Origin: an uncultured Dehalococcoidales bacterium
Lineage (GTDB): Bacteria > Chloroflexota > Dehalococcoidia > Dehalococcoidales > UBA2162
Assembly (NCBI GenBank): GCA_964493985.1
Contig: CAZBQL010000001.1
Coordinates: 3,849 to 67,848, forward strand
Length of the DNA: 64,000 bases
Reading direction: 5' to 3'
Below the pieces are notes generated by a model that saw only the letters and a list, made by a program, of their open reading frames with translations, was not told the origin of the DNA and made no database searches. The position numbers and the translations under genes were made by a program. This document shows positions 8,889 to 18,074 of the stretch, one piece after another; position 1 is the first letter of the stretch; each line of letters opens with the position of its first letter.

Positions 8889-10370
8889 ATGACATCAAGA
8901 CTCGACCGTATAACGCAGCAAAGAATCGATAAGGCGGAAAACCTGCGAAAGTCGGGTATCGACCCATACCCCAACAGCTATCCCCGTACTCATACAGCCG
9001 TACAGGCAGTTGAATTGCTTGAAGCCATAGAAAAGGGTGAGAACAAGGAAGCAAAGGTGTCGGTTGCCGGGCGTATTATGGCCAACAGGTCGATGGGGAA
9101 AAGTTCTTTCATGGACATCAGGGACTCAACCGGCAAAATCCAGCTTCTATTCATGAACATCAATCAATTGGATGAACACAAACTAAAGATATTTAAGGAC
9201 CTTGATATCGGTGACTTTATTGGAGTCGAGGGTACTATCCTCCGGACAAGGACCGGAGAACCAACGGTAAGAGTAGAAAGTTACATCCTGTTGTCAAAGT
9301 CGCTTCTGCCTCTGCCGGAAAAGTGGCACGGCCTGGTGGATGTTGAAACACGCTACCGCCAGCGATACGTCGACCTTATCGCAAATAACGAAGTGAAAGA
9401 AATGTTCAAGATACGCAGCAGGATTATCACTGCTATCAGACAATTTCTTGATAACAGGGATTTTCTTGAGGTGGAAACACCGGTCCTCCACCCCTCCGCA
9501 GGAGGTGCCCTGGCCGCACCGTTCATTACGCATCACAACGCTCTCGACCGGAATTTTTACCTCCGTATAGCACTCGAACTGCACCTCAAGCGATTGATCG
9601 TCGGCGGTTTTGATAAGGTGTATGAGATAGGATATGTTTTCCGTAACGAGGGTATCTCCACGACTCATCATCCGGAATATACTCTCCTGGAAACATACGA
9701 AGCCTACGCTGATTACAGCCACGTAATGAAAATGCAGGAAGAACTTATATGTGAGGTCAGCCGTAAGGTACTGGGAACTGACACTATCGAATATGCCGGA
9801 GACACGATCGATCTCACTCCTCCCTGGAGACGGATAACCCTGCGTGACGCCGTCAAAGAATACAGCGGTATCGACTTCGTAAAATATCCTACCGCTGCCG
9901 GACTGATGGAAAAGATGCGTTCACAAGGGATAGAAGCCGATCCGAATAAAAACTGGGCAAAACTGGTCGATGAGCTTCTCAAGACCTGTGTACGTCCGAA
10001 ATTGATACAGCCAACGATTGTCTATGACTACCCGGTTTCCATGTCGCCTCTGGCCAAGAACAAGCCGGGTGAAGAACGTGTTGTAGAGAGATTCCAGTCG
10101 ATAATCGCCGGTCTCGAAGTGGATAACGCCTACAGTGAGTTAAATGATCCGATATTACAGAGAGAAAGGTTCGAAGAGCAATTAAGAGAACGACAGGAAT
10201 CCGATGAAGAACGGTGGACGATAGATGAAGACTACCTGACCGCGCTGGAATACGGTATGCCGCCTACCGGTGGACTTGGTATCGGGATCGACCGCCTGGT
10301 AATGCTGCTTACCGATAAACAATCGATTCGCGAAGTAATATTATTCCCTCAGTTAAGGGAAAAGGGGTAA
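8889..10370 (+). CDS. lysS: lysine--tRNA ligase, class II
   Basis: OB anticodon-binding domain plus the class II core motifs (FRNEGIS..HHPE, GGLGIGIDRLVM). Confidence 0.95.
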   Translation: MTSRLDRITQQRIDKAENLRKSGIDPYPNSYPRTHTAVQAVELLEAIEKGENKEAKVSVAGRIMANRSMGKSSFMDIRDSTGKIQLLFMNINQLDEHKLKIFKDLDIGDFIGVEGTILRTRTGEPTVRVESYILLSKSLLPLPEKWHGLVDVETRYRQRYVDLIANNEVKEMFKIRSRIITAIRQFLDNRDFLEVETPVLHPSAGGALAAPFITHHNALDRNFYLRIALELHLKRLIVGGFDKVYEIGYVFRNEGISTTHHPEYTLLETYEAYADYSHVMKMQEELICEVSRKVLGTDTIEYAGDTIDLTPPWRRITLRDAVKEYSGIDFVKYPTAAGLMEKMRSQGIEADPNKNWAKLVDELLKTCVRPKLIQPTIVYDYPVSMSPLAKNKPGEERVVERFQSIIAGLEVDNAYSELNDPILQRERFEEQLRERQESDEERWTIDEDYLTALEYGMPPTGGLGIGIDRLVMLLTDKQSIREVILFPQLREKG

Positions 10371-10445
10371 GGGTAACTTATATACTCATTCACCTCTTCC
10401 CAACGGGAGAGGAATAATGTGGATGGAGGGAAAAGGGGTAAGGAA

Positions 10446-11693
10446 ATGCTGGATCTGAAATATATCCGAGAAAATCTGGAATCGGTAAAACAAGCCATGA
10501 GTTCCCGGCAGGATTCCGCGCCCCTCGATGAGATAATCAAGCTTGACACGGAACGGCGCAGCAAGGTATCCGAACTCGAGGAATACAGACGTCAACGCAA
10601 AGAAGCAGCACGTGAAAGAAAACAGGACGAAGCATCTATAGAACAAGGCCGCAACCTGCGCAACATGATCAACACCCTCGAAGAAGAGGTTAGAGAACTG
10701 GACGAACGGCTGGAAGGACTGCTCCTCCAGGTCCCTAATATTCCTCATGAGTCCACTCCTTTAGGCAAAGGAGAGGAAGATAATACTTTCGTACGGTCCT
10801 GGGGTGAACCGCGAAAACTGGATTTTAAACCTTTGCCACACTGGGAGTTGGGTGAGAAACTGGGGATAATTGACTTCGACAGGGGAGTTAAACTGTCGGG
10901 GAGTCGCTTCTACGTACTTAAAGGCCTTGGAGCACGCCTTCAGAGAGCGATAATTGCTTTCATGCTCGATCTTCATACCTCAAAGCACGGATATTATGAG
11001 ATATACCCCCCGTGGATGGTCAAGCGTGAGATCATGGTCGGCTCAGGCCAGCTACCAAAATTCGAGGAAAATCTCTATCACGACGAAGAAGATGACTTCT
11101 GGTTCGTGCCCACTGCCGAGGTACCGGTAACAAACCTGCACAGTAACGAGATACTCCAGCCGGGAACTCTCCCGATATACTACGTCGCCTATACTGCCTG
11201 TTTCCGGAGAGAAAAAATGTCAGCCGGACGTGATACTCGCGGTATAAAACGCGGTCACCAGTTCGATAAGGTGGAAATGTATAAGTTCACCGAACCCGAA
11301 ACCTCCTACGAAGAACTGGAGAAAATGGTAAAAGATGCCGAAGATGTCTGCCGGGCACTGGAATTGCCTTATAGAATAATCGAGCTCTGCACCGCCGATA
11401 TCAGCTTCGGTGCGACGAAAGGCTACGACCTTGAGATGTGGGCGCCGGGCTGCGAAGAATGGCTTGAGGTCAGTTCATGCTCCAACTGTACCGATTTCCA
11501 GGCGCGCCGGGCGAATATCCGATACCGTCCCGCTCCGGATTCCAAACCCCGCTTTGTTCATACTCTGAACGGTTCCGGCCTGGCCCTGCCCAGGGTAATG
11601 ATAAGTATAATGGAGAATAACCAGCAGGCTGATGGTACGATACGTGTCCCGGATGTCCTCCAGGACTTCATGAAGACAGACATCATCAGGTAA
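10446..11693 (+). CDS. serS: serine--tRNA ligase
   Basis: Track ORF 10419-11693. ATG 10446 (MLDLKYIRENLE) follows AAGGGGTAAGGA. Coiled-coil arm, then TAEVPVTNLH and FRREKMSAGRDTRGIKRGHQFDKVE. Confidence 0.95.
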   Translation: MLDLKYIRENLESVKQAMSSRQDSAPLDEIIKLDTERRSKVSELEEYRRQRKEAARERKQDEASIEQGRNLRNMINTLEEEVRELDERLEGLLLQVPNIPHESTPLGKGEEDNTFVRSWGEPRKLDFKPLPHWELGEKLGIIDFDRGVKLSGSRFYVLKGLGARLQRAIIAFMLDLHTSKHGYYEIYPPWMVKREIMVGSGQLPKFEENLYHDEEDDFWFVPTAEVPVTNLHSNEILQPGTLPIYYVAYTACFRREKMSAGRDTRGIKRGHQFDKVEMYKFTEPETSYEELEKMVKDAEDVCRALELPYRIIELCTADISFGATKGYDLEMWAPGCEEWLEVSSCSNCTDFQARRANIRYRPAPDSKPRFVHTLNGSGLALPRVMISIMENNQQADGTIRVPDVLQDFMKTDIIR

Positions 11694-11770
11694 GATACCG
11701 GACGCCCATATTCAGTGATTGAGATGAAGGTCACATACTCTCTTCTACATTGAAACTAGAATAAAAGCAT

Positions 11771-11869
11771 ATGAAGAAAGAGCATGTTGTCCTCATGGGA
11801 ATGGTACTATTCTTTATAGCAGTCGTCGCCTATATCGTGATAGCCGGAGCCGGTATCTCTCCCGTCTGA
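11771..11869 (+). CDS. possible 32-aa hydrophobic peptide
   Basis: MKKEHVVLMGMVLFFIAVVAYIVIAGAGISPV, a single TM helix. No convincing SD, and below the ORF-track cutoff. Confidence 0.2.
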   Translation: MKKEHVVLMGMVLFFIAVVAYIVIAGAGISPV

Positions 11870-11927
11870 GGTTTGTTTAATGCCCCGTAGGGGTACATTG
11901 AATAGAAAGTAAGATGGATGTACCGTC

Positions 11928-14354
11928 TTATTTTGTGTATTGGAAGACTTTTACCTGTGGTGTAAGATTTCCTGATGTAAGCTGCAGACCCTGTTCCGAA
12001 GCATGCACTAACTCGTAGTTGTCCAGCGCCTCCAGTGGTATGCACGGAGCCATAGGATCATTACTGACTATCCGGTAATTACCGGTTTCCTGGGCAGATA
12101 TGAATTCACTCGCATCCTCATATGAAGTATATTGCGTGGCTTCCGTAATCAACTTGAAAACATTGCCTGCTTCATCCTGACGTTGTTCATAACCAATAAC
12201 CCAGATACTTGTCGAATTCGCAGCCTGGCAGTTAAAATTATACATTCGGACTGCCATAGATTGGAAATATTCGGGGTAGAATAAAGGTCTCTGGATCAGT
12301 TGTGTCTGGTCCTCGGGATTGGTTACCAGGTACATATCGAAGAAATCCGTCACCTGCATCCCTCCCCAGGTTATAACCGCCCAGAATTTACCGCTGGCGT
12401 TATTAGGATTTACATAAGCTGTTTCATAATCGATGATTATGTATCTTCCATCGACTTTTTCTATCACTTTGTCGGCTGTTTCTTCATCCTGCGCCGTAAA
12501 GAATGCAGCCATATCTCTAATGGCACGTGGGTCCTGTCCCGGGTTGGCACATGGTAAACGATGGGCCATCCTGGTTATCCAGTAACCGTAATCCCACCAT
12601 GAAAGAACGCCATACGCGGTATCCGGGTAAGGGTAATATACATCCAGTGCTTTGTAATAATCTGTCGTATTCGTAGTATCCGGATAGCTGCTCAGAATAG
12701 ATGAATAAGAAATATACTTGTCGGATTGCACCAGGGCGTAATATTCGTCAGGATTACCGAAAGGATCAGGAGTATTCTCCCGGACCCAGTCGAGCACACT
12801 ACACCAGGCATCGGAAGGAGCGTAGGGCACTCTTTTAGATGCGTCGATTGCCGGCTCTATACTCCAGAAATAACCTGTGAAAAATACAACAATTACAACC
12901 ATAGCCATTATAGAATAAGGGGCTATTAACGGATTGCCTTGCTGCCTCCGGACAGCCCTCCGCTTCACGTTTTTTGCTCTCTCTATCGCCTGTTTTACCC
13001 TCTCAGTGAAGACATGTGCTCTGGCATAATCGATAACAAGCCATGTGACATACCCGGTAAGTAAAGCAATATTGACACTGTAATAATAACCAAACCGGCG
13101 TTGTCCGAGATTCGCTATAAATATAATGATACTCCAGACAAGAAAAAGGGTCTTTTCAAAACTTCCCTGTTTAAAGAAGTAATACAGGAGTATCAACATA
13201 GATATAATAGCTATGAAAAAGGTGGTATTATAATTATTCCAGACAATAGCAAAAGCATTTCCGTATGATGCACTTATAAGCGGCTGCATTTCGATGGTAG
13301 TCAGTTGTTCTCCGACTGGTCTGAATATGGAAAACGCCTCCAGCATCGACTTAACAATACCTGGAGAAATCAGGTAGAAAACACCGAAGCCTGCCGCTCC
13401 CATAACAATTACTGTTACCGGGTAATATGCGGATTTCCAGTCCCTCTTCGCCATAAACCAGGATAATAATCCAAGGGCAGCACAACCGACTGCTCCAACC
13501 AGCGAGGACGCAGGTATTATTGTCGCCACATTACCGGGAAGAACGATTAAAAAACCAACAAAAAACATAATCGTACCGACAATCGACAGGTATTCGGTAG
13601 ACCTGCTTTTAAGATGGTCGATAACAAACTGTATGAGCAGGAAAACGAATACAATAAACGTAAACATTGGAGCACCCGACCAGGTCAGGCCGAACATACC
13701 CAGCGTGACACCGGCAAGCAGACTATAGATTAACGGTTTTCTCACTGAAGGCCAGTCAAATTTCGTGAATTGAACGAACCGCACATCATTCTTTCTGGCA
13801 GCTTTCAACCCAAGTATCACGAACAGAATGAGAAGCGAGGTAAGAAAAACTTCAAAACAGTGATAGTCTGAAAAACCGAGTTTAGTACGGGAAAGATATT
13901 CACCCGGCAGTACAGCCAACAAAGCAGCCGAAAACACTCCACCCCATTTCCCGATCAACTCCCTGCCAATAAAAAAAACGATCACAATGGTCAGCGCTGC
14001 AAATACCGGCGGAGTGAACACGCCGACAATATCTATTGCACGCTGGCCGGGTGTGACCAGCCCGAAAATGCTGCTTACGCTGGCAATCAGGTTATTATAT
14101 AGGTGGGTCTGGGCGATACTGCTTCCGCCGGGATAGAGTAAGTAAGGATCAAAATTGGATGCGCTGGGGAAATTAGCTGCCAGGTTATCCACAAGCCTCA
14201 TCTGAAAATATGCATCGGCGCTGGAATATTTTATCCAATCACCTTTGAATATCTGGCTGTATGATAGAACTGTCCTGAGTATAAAAGCTATTGCGGCTAT
14301 GACTGCAACGAGAATACCGGTCAGTACGGATGACGGGAGTTTGAGTTTATTCAC
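11928..14354 (-). CDS. STT3/AglB/PglB-family oligosaccharyltransferase
   Basis: 808 aa. Roughly 13 predicted TM helices in the N-terminal ~480 aa, then a soluble domain carrying the diagnostic WWDYGYWI motif (LSWWDYGYWITRMA). Acidic first-loop residues are SSADAYFQMRLVDN. Confidence 0.85.
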   Translation of the reverse strand: MNKLKLPSSVLTGILVAVIAAIAFILRTVLSYSQIFKGDWIKYSSADAYFQMRLVDNLAANFPSASNFDPYLLYPGGSSIAQTHLYNNLIASVSSIFGLVTPGQRAIDIVGVFTPPVFAALTIVIVFFIGRELIGKWGGVFSAALLAVLPGEYLSRTKLGFSDYHCFEVFLTSLLILFVILGLKAARKNDVRFVQFTKFDWPSVRKPLIYSLLAGVTLGMFGLTWSGAPMFTFIVFVFLLIQFVIDHLKSRSTEYLSIVGTIMFFVGFLIVLPGNVATIIPASSLVGAVGCAALGLLSWFMAKRDWKSAYYPVTVIVMGAAGFGVFYLISPGIVKSMLEAFSIFRPVGEQLTTIEMQPLISASYGNAFAIVWNNYNTTFFIAIISMLILLYYFFKQGSFEKTLFLVWSIIIFIANLGQRRFGYYYSVNIALLTGYVTWLVIDYARAHVFTERVKQAIERAKNVKRRAVRRQQGNPLIAPYSIMAMVVIVVFFTGYFWSIEPAIDASKRVPYAPSDAWCSVLDWVRENTPDPFGNPDEYYALVQSDKYISYSSILSSYPDTTNTTDYYKALDVYYPYPDTAYGVLSWWDYGYWITRMAHRLPCANPGQDPRAIRDMAAFFTAQDEETADKVIEKVDGRYIIIDYETAYVNPNNASGKFWAVITWGGMQVTDFFDMYLVTNPEDQTQLIQRPLFYPEYFQSMAVRMYNFNCQAANSTSIWVIGYEQRQDEAGNVFKLITEATQYTSYEDASEFISAQETGNYRIVSNDPMAPCIPLEALDNYELVHASEQGLQLTSGNLTPQVKVFQYTK

Positions 14355-14473
14355 AAAGATGTTCCTCTAATAACACGAAAATTCAGTAGTATAATAGCTT
14401 TGCCCTAGTATTACACACTCGGATGCCTTTGGCAAGAGTATTTTGTATCAAAAATATCTTGAACGTATGACCT

Positions 14474-14503
14474 TTGCGCTAACAGACTCTTCTGGAGTAG
14501 AAT
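14474..14503 (+). promoter_or_regulatory. putative promoter of tRNA-Ser
   Basis: TTGCGC, 18-nt spacer, TAGAAT (14498-14503), 10 nt upstream of the mature tRNA 5' end. Confidence 0.35.
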
Positions 14504-14512
14504 TTATAGCCG

Positions 14513-14597
14513 GGAGGGGTGTCCGAGAGGTCTAAGGAGGCGGTCTTGAAAACCGCTGTCCCGCAAGGGACCGTGGGTTCGAATCCCACCCCCTCCG
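14513..14597 (+). tRNA. tRNA-Ser (anticodon UGA)
   Basis: Cloverleaf folded by hand: acceptor GGAGGGG/CCCCTCC, anticodon loop CTTGAAA, long variable arm TGTCCCGCAAGGGACC, T arm GTGGG-TTCGAAT-CCCAC, discriminator G. CCA is not encoded. Confidence 0.9.
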
Positions 14598-14652
14598 CCG
14601 GTTACCAGTATTTTTATTTACCGTGAATATCCTTTATCAGGAGACATTTAAT

Positions 14653-14865
14653 ATGGTAAATGCTATTTTCATTATCATTGGCCTGGCAGTCCTGGCATTA
14701 ATAGGTTGGATAGCCCAGGGATTCTTCTTTACCGCCCAAATACCGCTGATCTTCCGCATCCTTGTGGGCATTGTAGCCATAGGCGGGGTGTCGCTGCTCC
14801 TTGTCGTTATCAGGGACAGGATAAAACAGGCAAAGAAGGAAAATTTTAAAGGAGTGGATAAATGA
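14653..14865 (+). CDS. small membrane protein (2 TM)
   Basis: Track ORF 14623-14865. ATG 14653 follows AGGAG. The stop overlaps the ybjQ-like start (ATGA). Confidence 0.5.
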   Translation: MVNAIFIIIGLAVLALIGWIAQGFFFTAQIPLIFRILVGIVAIGGVSLLLVVIRDRIKQAKKENFKGVDK

Positions 14866-15176
14866 TTATCACTACTTCCGAGACAATTCAAGGTAAACCT
14901 ATTGTAAAGACTATTGGACTGGTTAAAGGCAGCACCATCAGGGCAAGACATATCGGCAGAGATATCATGGCAGGACTCAGAGGTGTCGTAGGTGGTGAGA
15001 TTACGGAATACACAAAGATGATGGCTGAATCCAGGGAACAGGCTTTACAGCGAATGGAGGAAGACGCTACGGAACAGGGCGCAAATGCTATAATTGCCCT
15101 GAGATTCACTACCTCGATGGTAATGCAGAGTGCCTCTGAAATACTTGCCTACGGTACAGGCGTGGTTATCGAATAG
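14862..15176 (+). CDS. YbjQ/UPF0145-family protein
   Basis: 104 aa, ...VKGSTIRARHIGRDIMAGLRGVVGGEITEYTKMMAESREQALQRM...GANAIIALRF, characteristic of the family. Confidence 0.85.
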   Translation: MIITTSETIQGKPIVKTIGLVKGSTIRARHIGRDIMAGLRGVVGGEITEYTKMMAESREQALQRMEEDATEQGANAIIALRFTTSMVMQSASEILAYGTGVVIE

Positions 15177-15194
15177 TATAAAGCCGTCTGTTTA

Positions 15195-16901
15195 TTACTT
15201 TCCTGTGAGAAGTGCCCAAACCGAATTGATGTAACGTAATTTTTCCTTTCCCATCGAAAGTTCCAGGTGAATTTTTTCACTATTCGGGAATGCGTTTATA
15301 CGGTCGATGTCAGGCTTCATGCGGGCTAATTCTTCTTCAGCGTTATCTCCGGCAAGCACTTCGTCTATCCTGTGCATCATGGCACGGGCTTCTTCGATAC
15401 GCTTGATCCCGACCTCTGCAAGATCATCCGGAATTACACCGTATTTGGACTTCAGTCGTACCAGTCTGAGAATACCTTCATAGGTGCTTTCCACTATCTC
15501 ATTGCGAGTCATCCATTCAGTTTCATAATTTAATGTGTATTTCCAGCTTGGTGACTCCAATGCTCGCCTGTATTCTTCTACGTTCCTGAAAAGTACCTTA
15601 TAACCATGCTTTTCAGACTGCTCATAACCAAGACTTCCCGGGTCGAGAAAAGGAGACAGAGGAGAGAGGAACAAAGCCAGGCGTTCGGTTCCTTTGAATT
15701 TTTCCATCAGGTAACCACAGTAATCGACCGTATCCATTACCGACTTCATATCCTGCCCCGGCATGCCGACCATGTAGAACACGTCCATTCTACCGCAGCC
15801 CACTTCCAGCGCATCACTGATCATGTTTTCGAGGGCTTCATCGGTATAATTCCTTCCCGATTTTTTCCTCACCCCGTAGTCATGAGATTCCGGTGAAATT
15901 TCAAGGCAGAATCCGGGAGCGGCCAGACTCATCTGTTGAAGTGCTTCTTTCGACATGGGCGAGAATATCTCGAACATCAACTGGTTCTTTACTCTCTTTT
16001 CCCGTAAACGCCGTAATACCTCATTGGCATAATCTTCCCCTTTTTGATAAAGGTCGCCGAGAACGAAAATCGGCCCCCGGCTGAAACGCGCTATCTGCCT
16101 GATATCACGCACGACAGCCTCCGGTGATCTGAAGACTGGTTTCTGTCGATTATGATAACACCGGAAAGCGGCATTAGAACCACCGCATATCACGCAATTA
16201 TTAACACAACCGCGGCAGGTAATAACTCCTGTAATGGGATAACGCAGCCAGTCGCTAACCGGTATGTGACCGACAAGGTCACGGTACCTGATTACCGACC
16301 TGATCACCCCGCCATAATGATTGATCATCACATCCTCGATATCATCAGGTACGTTGGTAAAAGGATTTATCCTGACATCACCGTCAGAGTCCTTCCAGAC
16401 CAGGTTGGGTATTGTACCGGGATCTCCCCCCTTGATTATGCAGTCCATCAATTGCCGGAAAGGCTCTTCAGTGGAATCACCCCTTATAAGAAAATCTATC
16501 TCCGGGTACTCGATCAGTTGTTCGTGAAAGTAGGTCGCTGAAAAACCGCCGAAGACAACCTTTGAGTCCGGGTGATACTTCTTTACCAGCCTGGCTACCT
16601 CAATTGAGCCGTGACTGTGGACCATCCAGTGCAGGTCGATTCCGAACACCGGAGAGTCCAAATTTTTTATCATCTTTTCGGCATCGAAATTCCTGTTCCG
16701 GAGCATGAGGACCGCAAGATTGACTATCCGTACCCTGTATCCGGCCTTTTCCAGGTACTCGGCAATACTGGCAAGACCGATAGGATACATCTCGAAAACC
16801 GGTGATGGCGGAACAAGATCACTCACCGGACCGTAAAGAATGGCCTTCTCTCGAAAGTCGTACACACTCGGAGCGTGGAGTAAAACAAGGTCTATAGCCA
16901 T
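15195..16901 (-). CDS. B12-binding-domain radical SAM protein
   Basis: N-terminal Rossmann-like B12-binding-type domain, followed by the radical SAM cluster motif CVNNCVIC (in CRGCVNNCVICGG). 568 aa. The start overlaps the stop of the upstream prenyltransferase gene. Confidence 0.85.
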   Translation of the reverse strand: MAIDLVLLHAPSVYDFREKAILYGPVSDLVPPSPVFEMYPIGLASIAEYLEKAGYRVRIVNLAVLMLRNRNFDAEKMIKNLDSPVFGIDLHWMVHSHGSIEVARLVKKYHPDSKVVFGGFSATYFHEQLIEYPEIDFLIRGDSTEEPFRQLMDCIIKGGDPGTIPNLVWKDSDGDVRINPFTNVPDDIEDVMINHYGGVIRSVIRYRDLVGHIPVSDWLRYPITGVITCRGCVNNCVICGGSNAAFRCYHNRQKPVFRSPEAVVRDIRQIARFSRGPIFVLGDLYQKGEDYANEVLRRLREKRVKNQLMFEIFSPMSKEALQQMSLAAPGFCLEISPESHDYGVRKKSGRNYTDEALENMISDALEVGCGRMDVFYMVGMPGQDMKSVMDTVDYCGYLMEKFKGTERLALFLSPLSPFLDPGSLGYEQSEKHGYKVLFRNVEEYRRALESPSWKYTLNYETEWMTRNEIVESTYEGILRLVRLKSKYGVIPDDLAEVGIKRIEEARAMMHRIDEVLAGDNAEEELARMKPDIDRINAFPNSEKIHLELSMGKEKLRYINSVWALLTGK

Positions 16902-17800
16902 TACAGACCGAAGACCCTCGATAGTATATACCCTATTCCTACGAGAAGCTGGGTGATAAGCACGACCTGTACGTTCGCTGCCAGTGCCCCCACTAGGACA
17001 GGTTTATCATCGTATTTCAAAGAGCCGCGGATCGCTTTTACTGCCATCGGTACTGTAAGGAGACCAATGAGAGTTATTACCGGCATCTGCCGGGCAATTA
17101 CGGCGCCGATTATCCACAGGTAGACCAGGACCGTCATAGCAGAGTATAACCTGGCGGAGTTTTTCTTCCCCCAGAGAATGGGTGTAGTCTTTCTTCCTGC
17201 GCCCGCATCTGCTTGAGCATCCGGGAATTCGTTTAAAAACAGGAGGTTATGTACAAGGATAAATGATGGTACAGAAGCGATAACTGCAGGCCAGGTGAAC
17301 TGACCTGTCTGCACAAAATATGCACCAAGCACAGGTAACATACCCAGACCAAGTCCCGGCGCCCATTCCGGCCAGGGTATTTTAAGAATTATCGGACTGT
17401 ATATAAGGATACACACCGCCGCTACTACTAAAAGCGGCAGTAACTCCAGCCCGTTTTCCATACTAAGTACATAGTATGCACCGATTGGTATGATGATTAT
17501 GAAGGCTATCAACCCTATCCACAAAGCCTGCCTTGCTGTAAAAAGACCCTGAGGAAGAGCCCCGCTTCCTCCATTGAACATTGTTCTCTCCGTATGCAAA
17601 TCGATACCGCTTTTAAAGTCGAAATATTCGTTAAGTACATCAACACTGATATGAGCCATCAGTATACCGAAACCCGCCAGCAAAGCATTTCCAACGTGGA
17701 AAGAACCGTTATACCATGCTAACGTTGCTCCTAAGAAAGCCAGCACTATCGACAGGGGAAGAAAAGGAGCACGGATTATCATTAACCATCTGTTCATCAT
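16901..17800 (-). CDS. UbiA-superfamily prenyltransferase (MenA-like)
   Basis: 299 aa, about 8-9 TM helices. First Asp-rich motif is LNEYFDFKSGID (compare MenA NDYFDxxxGxD); the second acidic region is NEFPDAQAD. Confidence 0.85.
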   Translation of the reverse strand: MMNRWLMIIRAPFLPLSIVLAFLGATLAWYNGSFHVGNALLAGFGILMAHISVDVLNEYFDFKSGIDLHTERTMFNGGSGALPQGLFTARQALWIGLIAFIIIIPIGAYYVLSMENGLELLPLLVVAAVCILIYSPIILKIPWPEWAPGLGLGMLPVLGAYFVQTGQFTWPAVIASVPSFILVHNLLFLNEFPDAQADAGAGRKTTPILWGKKNSARLYSAMTVLVYLWIIGAVIARQMPVITLIGLLTVPMAVKAIRGSLKYDDKPVLVGALAANVQVVLITQLLVGIGYILSRVFGL

Positions 17801-17922
17801 TTATCATCCTGGTGGGCTGTTTTCTGGTGCTCATTCCAGCACTTCTCATGAACATAGACCCCACACGCAGCACAATAATAAATATGTACTCTGGCGTCTG
17901 CTTTACAAACCGGACATTTCAT
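17797..17922 (-). CDS. 41-aa zinc-ribbon protein, first gene of the prenyltransferase/rSAM operon
   Basis: MKCPVCKADARVHIYYCAACGVYVHEKCWNEHQKTAHQDDK, with CxxC...CxxC. GGAGG SD 7 nt upstream. Its TGA overlaps the ATG of the next gene (ATGA). Below the ORF-track cutoff. Confidence 0.5.
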   Translation of the reverse strand: MKCPVCKADARVHIYYCAACGVYVHEKCWNEHQKTAHQDDK

Positions 17923-18074
17923 CAGCTAACCTCCAGAATCAATTTTTCTTAACTCCTCGTATTGTAACAGACTTTACTGTCGATATGAATATCTGCGGCA
18001 GGCGCATCGCCACAATTTTACCATATCTCTCCAGGTCCTGCACAAGTAGTGAGAAGATAGATCGACCATACAAA

